DNA from: Anaerolineae bacterium
GTDB taxonomy: Bacteria; Chloroflexota; Anaerolineae; J102
DNA length: 64,000 nt
Assembly: GCA_026991225.1 (NCBI GenBank)
Contig: JALXCB010000054.1
Coordinates: 4,277 to 68,276, forward strand
Direction of reading: 5' to 3'
A program made the translations under genes and the position numbers. Below the pieces are notes generated by a model, which was given only the letters and a program-made list of their open reading frames with translations, did not search any database and was not told where the DNA came from. Below are positions 58,889 to 64,000 of the stretch, piece by piece; position 1 is the first letter of the stretch, and each line of letters starts with the position of its first letter.

Positions 58889-59332
58889 TTGACCATGTCC
58901 GATATCGATTTTGATCCCATCACCGACCGTTTCATCGCGCTGATGATACGCTTGCGGCAACACATGCCCGAGAAGGCCCCGCCCCTGGCAGCGGGCATTT
59001 CCCCGACCCAGGTCGCCATCCTGGCCCATGTGGCTGAATCCCCCGGCTGCGGCGTCAAGGAGATCGCCCGGGCGTTGGGGCTGTCCGCGCCTTCCATCAG
59101 CGTCAGCGTGCGCCAACTGGAAGCGAAGGAGCTGCTGTCTCGGCAGCCGCATCCTCGCGATCGTCGGGCGGTGCAGCTTTTTCTGACGCCCGAAGGACAG
59201 GCGTTGCATGAGCAGACGACGGCCTTCCAGCGGGAGTTTTTCGCCCGGCTGCTGAAAGGACTGGACGCCCAGGAGCAAGCGCAATTGGTTTCACTCTTGG
59301 AAAAGGCGCTGGGCTCGACGCAGGCATCCTAG
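58889..59332 (+). CDS. MarR-family transcriptional regulator
   Basis: 'VAILAHVAESPGCGVKEIARALGLSAPSISVSVRQLEAKELL...DRRAVQLFLT' winged-helix MarR. Confidence 0.85.
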   Translation: MTMSDIDFDPITDRFIALMIRLRQHMPEKAPPLAAGISPTQVAILAHVAESPGCGVKEIARALGLSAPSISVSVRQLEAKELLSRQPHPRDRRAVQLFLTPEGQALHEQTTAFQREFFARLLKGLDAQEQAQLVSLLEKALGSTQAS

Positions 59333-59524
59333 CGCCTGCTATGAAAATAAAGTAATCAGTGGAAATCTGCGAAGCATCTGCGAAAATCTGCGTTCTCATT
59401 TTCATCGGTATCGGCGCTGGCGCGCCAGCCGTTGGACTGGTTTGAGAACAAAGCAACCCAGAGCGCACTGAGCACTTTTCTCCATTCCTGGTCACAACCC
59501 CATCCCAAAAGGAGACTTTATCCT

Positions 59525-60709
59525 GTGTTCAATCCTTATCTCTTTTCCGCCATTTTTTATCTGTTCATCGCCCTGCTCATGGCATTCGATCTGGCTCTGG
59601 TCAACTGGGGCGTATTGCCCGGTTATAGCGGCGTAGCCTGGCTGCGAGTGCATTTCATCACCCTGGGCTTCGTCTCCCAGGCGGTTTTTGGCGCGCTGCC
59701 CTTGTTGCAGGCCGCCCGCCACGGAGCGCCCCGTCCCAGGAGCCGCCTCGATATCTGGGCGCTGCTCAATGCCGGGATCGTGATCCTGCTGGTGGGCATT
59801 CCCATCGTCAACAAGGCGCTGATCTTTACGGGCGGCACGCTGGTTTTTATCGCCGCCATCATGCTGGCGGTGCAACTGCGGGGCATTGCGCGTGCGGGTC
59901 AGGCCCAGGCGCAGAAGGACTGGCCGCGCCGGTTTTATGGCGTCGGCGTGCTGTTTTTGCTGGTGGGCGTCATTATCGGTACGGGCTACTGGCTGGGCTG
60001 GAGCGCGCCCCTGCGGATCACTGCGCCCATCGAAGCCCATGTACACGCCAACAACTGGGGGTTCCTGTCCATGGTTTTCGCAGGCATCCTCATCAGTCTG
60101 GCGCCCGATCTGCTGCATCGCCCCCTGGCTTCAGAGAAGACCATCCGCATCATCTTCTGGGGCATGGTGTTGGGAGCGCTGGGGCTGGTAAGCGGTCCCT
60201 GGTGGGGCGGCGCCCGCTCCATCCCCATTTCGGTCACGGGATTGATCATCCACCTGATCATCACAGGCGTGCTGGTGGCGGTGACCTGGCAGGCGTTTCG
60301 AGCCGCCGGCAAGTTGAATGTGGGCGCCTGGCATCTGCTTCTCGCTTACCTCTGGTTCTTTATGCCCATGTTGATGGCTCCCATCGTGGTGTTCCATCTG
60401 GGCAGCATCCCTGGCGAACGCATCGAAGGCGTTGCGCCTCAGGCGTTGATCTATGGTTGGGCCATGCAATTCGGCCTGGCTATCGTCCCTTATTTCATAG
60501 GGCGTTACCTGCTCAAAAAGGAAAATCCGCAATTGGGCGGTTCGAAATGGAGTCTGGCGCTGGTCAATGCCGGCGCGGCGATCATCTGGCTGGGCATTTT
60601 CCTGAAACCTTACGATGCGGCGCTGTGGGGCGTGGCCTACGCTCTGCTGGGACTGGCCGCTCTCGACGTGTTCCAACGACAGTGGCGAGATCTGGACAGT
60701 CAGCATTAG
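59525..60709 (+). CDS. NnrS-like polytopic membrane protein (His-rich TM helices)
   Basis: AAGGAG SD, then GTG. About 12 TM helices with conserved His ('HFITLGF', 'HVHANNWGF', 'HLIITG'). Family assignment tentative. Confidence 0.45.
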   Translation: MFNPYLFSAIFYLFIALLMAFDLALVNWGVLPGYSGVAWLRVHFITLGFVSQAVFGALPLLQAARHGAPRPRSRLDIWALLNAGIVILLVGIPIVNKALIFTGGTLVFIAAIMLAVQLRGIARAGQAQAQKDWPRRFYGVGVLFLLVGVIIGTGYWLGWSAPLRITAPIEAHVHANNWGFLSMVFAGILISLAPDLLHRPLASEKTIRIIFWGMVLGALGLVSGPWWGGARSIPISVTGLIIHLIITGVLVAVTWQAFRAAGKLNVGAWHLLLAYLWFFMPMLMAPIVVFHLGSIPGERIEGVAPQALIYGWAMQFGLAIVPYFIGRYLLKKENPQLGGSKWSLALVNAGAAIIWLGIFLKPYDAALWGVAYALLGLAALDVFQRQWRDLDSQH

Positions 60710-60714
60710 CAACA

Positions 60715-60900
60715 GCCCGCCGATACCAATGAAAACGCTTCGCGGCCAGAGCCGCGCGGGAAGCCAAGCACGTGATGCGTAATGCGTGATGCGTAACGAC
60801 CTCACAGATTACGCATCACGTCTGTAGCAGACTCGCCCAACGCGGGCTTCGAGGCGCTCTTTCAGACGAACACAACGTTATCTTCGGAACAGCAGGCTTC
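60715..60900. repeat. composite REP-like element (family B/E)
   Basis: 'gccgataccaatgaaaacgcttcgcggcca...gccaagcacgtgatgcgtaatgcgtgatgcgtaacgacctcacagattacgcatcacg...' third long copy. Confidence 0.8.
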
Positions 60901-61002
60901 GGAGTGCGAACTCCGGGGCCTTTTTTCATATCTTCCGCATCGACTATAATGACAGATGCTGACTGCTCTTCCCCTTTCACCTTCAGTCAGGATTCTGCGC
61001 TT

Positions 61003-61698
61003 ATGAGCCAACGCATCCTCGTCGTCGATGATGACCGCCAGATCGTGCGCTTGATTCGATCCTATCTGGAGCAAAACGGCTTCGATACGCTGGTCGCGTA
61101 TGATGGCCATGAGGCCTTGCACCTCATCCGGGCGGAGAAGCCCGACCTGGTGGTGCTGGACCTGATGCTCCCGGAGATCGATGGCTGGGAGATCACGCGC
61201 ATCGTGCGGAGCGACCCGAGCATCAGCGCCACGCCCATCATTATGCTCACCGCCCGGGTGGAGGACACCGACCGCATTGTGGGGCTGGAGATGGGCGCGG
61301 ATGATTACATCCCCAAGCCTTTCAACCCGCGCGAGGTGGTGGCGCGAGTGCGGGCGGTGCTGCGCCGCACGCAGGGCGACGCCCGACCGGCGAACATCTT
61401 GCAGGTGGGACCCATCCGCATGGATCTGGACCGCCATCAGGCCACTGTCGACGGCCGGATGCTGGACCTGACTCCGACCGAATTCGATCTGCTCAAGCTG
61501 CTGATGAGCTATCCCGAACGGGCCTTCACCCGCATGGAGATGATCGATCAGGCGCTGGGCTACGCGTACGAAGGCATGGAACGCACCATCGACAGCCATA
61601 TCAAGAATCTGCGCAAGAAGCTGGGCATCTCCAGGGGCGAGCCGGGTTACATCGAAACGGTGTATGGCGTGGGATATCGCCTGGTGGGGGACGCATGA
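61003..61698 (+). CDS. OmpR-family response regulator
   Basis: 'ILVVDDD...DLVVLDLMLP' receiver plus winged-helix 'TPTEFDLLKLLM...VYGVGYRL'. Confidence 0.85.
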   Translation: MSQRILVVDDDRQIVRLIRSYLEQNGFDTLVAYDGHEALHLIRAEKPDLVVLDLMLPEIDGWEITRIVRSDPSISATPIIMLTARVEDTDRIVGLEMGADDYIPKPFNPREVVARVRAVLRRTQGDARPANILQVGPIRMDLDRHQATVDGRMLDLTPTEFDLLKLLMSYPERAFTRMEMIDQALGYAYEGMERTIDSHIKNLRKKLGISRGEPGYIETVYGVGYRLVGDA

Positions 61699-63101
61699 AC
61701 AGGCTCTGGGTGCGGCTGGGACTGGCCTTCGCCGCCGTAGCGCTGTTGGCCATCGCCGCGGTGGGGCTGTTGGCCAATTATCAGCTCACGACGGGCTTCC
61801 ATCGCTATGTAGTCAGCAATCAGGTGGACAAACTGTTGATGCCCGCCCTGGTCACCCATTATCAGCGGACGGGGAGTTGGGCGGGCGTGAAGGACGTGTT
61901 TCAGCGGCTGCCAGGCCCGCAGCGGGGGAAAGGCGGAGGGAAAGATCACGGCAATTCCCCTCAATACACCCTGGCTGACGCGTCGGGGCAGGTGGTCTAT
62001 GATGAAACCGGAAGCGCGCCAGCGAGCCTTTCGCCGAGCCAAAAACGGCAGGCGATCCCTGTCATCGTCGACAACCAGACCGTGGGCTACCTGCTGGTGA
62101 CGCCGGGCGCTGGCGAAAGTCAGGGCCGGGCGGAGGCGGCCTTTCTCGACCTCATCACCCAATCCTTGTTCTGGGCCGGACTGCTGGCCGCAATTCTGGC
62201 CCTGATCCTGGGCTTTTTCGTGGCCCGACAGGTTTCCGCCCCCCTCTCCCGCCTGGCCCGGGCCGCCCGCGCCCTCTCCCAGGGCGATCTCAGCCAGCGG
62301 GCGCCGGTTTCGGGCAGCGAAGAGATCGCCGAGGTCATCATCGCGTTCAATGAGATGGCGGGGGAGTTGGAACGTTCCGAAACGCTGCGCCAGCAGATGA
62401 TCGCGGACATCGCCCACGAATTGCGCACGCCTCTGACAGTGATCCAGGGCAATCTCCAGGCCCTGATCGATGGCGTCTATCCCCTGACGAAAGAAGAGAT
62501 CGCCCAGGTCTATGACGAAACCCTGACTCTGGCCCGGTTGGTGAACGATCTGCGGGCGCTGACCCAGGCCGAGGCGGGACAACTCAGCCTCCATCCCAAT
62601 GAGGTGGACGTCGCGGCGCTGGTGACTCAGGCCCAGGCGGTCTTTCAGGATGCGGCCAGGGAGAAGGAGATCCGTCTGGAAACTGAGATTGCGCCCGACC
62701 TTCCCCTCATGCGGGCCGATATCGATCGGGTGCGGCAGACGCTCTACAACCTCCTCTCCAACGCCTTGCGCCACACCCCCGCGGGCGGAATGGTGCGCAT
62801 CACGGCCCGTCCGGCCTCGCTGCCCGATGGCCGGGGGGGCGTGGAAATCGCGGTGGAGGACACCGGCCCTGGCCTTAGCCCCGAGGAACAGGCCCATGTC
62901 TTCGATCGGTTCTGGCGGGCGGACGCGTCTCGATCGCGAGACCAGGGCGGTTCGGGCCTGGGGCTGACCATCGCCCGGCGTCTCATCGAGGCGCAAGGGG
63001 GCGTCATGGGCGTCGACAGCGAGCCGGGCCAGGGCGCGCGGTTTTGGTTCATCCTGCCCGGCGTCTCACCCGCCCACAACGCCACGGCCATAAAGGAATG
63101 A
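61695..63101 (+). CDS. sensor histidine kinase (TM-HAMP-HisKA-HATPase)
   Basis: 'IAHELRTPLT' H-box, 'GGSGLGLTIA' G-box. ATGA overlap with the regulator. Confidence 0.85.
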   Translation: MNRLWVRLGLAFAAVALLAIAAVGLLANYQLTTGFHRYVVSNQVDKLLMPALVTHYQRTGSWAGVKDVFQRLPGPQRGKGGGKDHGNSPQYTLADASGQVVYDETGSAPASLSPSQKRQAIPVIVDNQTVGYLLVTPGAGESQGRAEAAFLDLITQSLFWAGLLAAILALILGFFVARQVSAPLSRLARAARALSQGDLSQRAPVSGSEEIAEVIIAFNEMAGELERSETLRQQMIADIAHELRTPLTVIQGNLQALIDGVYPLTKEEIAQVYDETLTLARLVNDLRALTQAEAGQLSLHPNEVDVAALVTQAQAVFQDAAREKEIRLETEIAPDLPLMRADIDRVRQTLYNLLSNALRHTPAGGMVRITARPASLPDGRGGVEIAVEDTGPGLSPEEQAHVFDRFWRADASRSRDQGGSGLGLTIARRLIEAQGGVMGVDSEPGQGARFWFILPGVSPAHNATAIKE

Positions 63102-63490
63102 TAGATCGCTCGATCTTATGAGCCGCGGAGGTTGTCCGTGAACGACCAACATCCCTCTCGCACCATCCATCTGCTCACCAACATCTGGAGCAAGGCGGAA
63201 ACGGTCATCCACATCCTGGTGGGACTGACCCTGCCCCTGGCCGCGTTGGGTGGGCTGGGACAGCTGCGGATGTCCAGAATCCCGTCACCCGCCTCATTCA
63301 GCGAAGGGGCGCGGCTGGTTGACTGACAAAAGTCTGTGGTCTTTTTCTTCGGTCGCATGGCCCCCTCCAACCTCCCCATCCTGATGTTTGAGGAAATCGC
63401 CGTATCACTTTATAATCTTTGACATATCCGCCCATGATGGCCGGATACGCCGTCAATTTTTCCATTTTCATGCTCACAGGAGGCGCCATC

Positions 63491-64000
63491 ATGAAGAAGT
63501 ATGTTCTCGCTCTCTTCCTCATCCTCGCTTTGGGCTTTATTCTGGCAGCCTGCGCCGCACCGGGCGGCGGTGGCGGCAGTACCGTCAAGGTTGGGGCCGT
63601 GTATCCCCTTTCGGGCGCCACAGCGTCCACCGGGGAAGACCTGAAACAAGGGGTGGAGCTGGCATTGGAGGTCGTGAACAACAAACATGATGATCTGAAT
63701 CTGCCCATGGCCAAGGAAGAAGGGGTGTTGAAGGGCAAGAAGCTGGAGGTTATCTTTGCGGACCACGAAGGTAAGCCCGACAAGGGCAAAGCCGAGGCGG
63801 AGCGCCTCATCACCCAGGAAAAAGTGGCTGCTCTCTTCGGCAGCTACCACAGCTCGGTGACCAAAACCGCGTCCCAGGCCGCGGAGCAGGCGGGCATCCC
63901 CTTCGTCAACGCGGAATCCACCAATGCCCAGCTCACCGAGCGCGGGTTCAAGTGGTTCTTCCGCACCACCCCCCACGACGGCACCTTTGCCGAGAACGCG
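63491..64000 (+). CDS. ABC transporter substrate-binding lipoprotein (branched-chain amino acid / LivJ-like), 5' partial at window end
   Basis: Lipobox 'LAACAAPG', 'VKVGAVYPLSGATAS...LFGSYHSS'. AGGAGG SD. Confidence 0.7.
   Translation, partial: MKKYVLALFLILALGFILAACAAPGGGGGSTVKVGAVYPLSGATASTGEDLKQGVELALEVVNNKHDDLNLPMAKEEGVLKGKKLEVIFADHEGKPDKGKAEAERLITQEKVAALFGSYHSSVTKTASQAAEQAGIPFVNAESTNAQLTERGFKWFFRTTPHDGTFAENA

Overview
This 64-kb window is high-GC (about 65%) and looks like a chromosomal segment of a Chloroflexi-like bacterium. It is densely packed with ordinary housekeeping and metabolic genes. No rRNA, tRNA or CRISPR array was found, and no obvious defence or phage island.

Main gene content, in order:
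- an O-antigen-ligase-like partial gene and a GT4 glycosyltransferase
- a vapBC toxin-antitoxin pair
- an FAD-linked oxidase, an SDR reductase, and an orphan AmmeMemoRadiSam-type radical SAM gene beside a low-GC lipoprotein gene
- an AI-2E transporter, nadE, a SplB-like radical SAM and a transglutaminase membrane protein
- an ECF S component, FdrA, CoxG-like, VanW and nfo
- a copper/cytochrome-oxidase assembly trio: a DeoR-HTH protein with a Cys-rich domain, PCu(A)C and SURF1
- acyl-CoA dehydrogenases, fakA/fakB, rpmB, a 2H phosphoesterase and msrPQ
- an MBL hydrolase, a TrpB-like PLP enzyme, and a RelB antitoxin with a VapC that carries an internal TAG
- thrC, then a carbamate kinase – YgeW carbamoyltransferase – Nudix – YgeY (M20) – GntR – PIG-L – BMP-type ABC transporter – DUF2877 – PfkB cluster
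- parAB, an acetyl-CoA-synthetase-like ligase, an SGNH hydrolase and MarR
- an NnrS-like membrane protein, an OmpR/histidine-kinase two-component pair, and a partial solute-binding protein at the window end

The most unusual thing is the intergenic DNA. At least six families of short repeats occur more than 45 times in total:
- a 145–220 bp MITE with GTAACTGCTAACGTA terminal inverted repeats and 7–8 bp target-site duplications, including two identical copies
- a composite REP-like palindrome, CGTAATGCGTGATGCG...CGCATCACGCATTACG
- a GGTCTACCGGGTTTCTGG-type repeat
- a 130-bp multi-hairpin element
- CAGTAAT heptamer tandems, often directly 5' of start codons
- ATCCTG hexamer tandems

Many long ORF predictions in the supplied track are GC-driven antisense artefacts, or N-terminal extensions that read through these repeats. 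Start coordinates I refined from the track may be off by a codon or so where noted.
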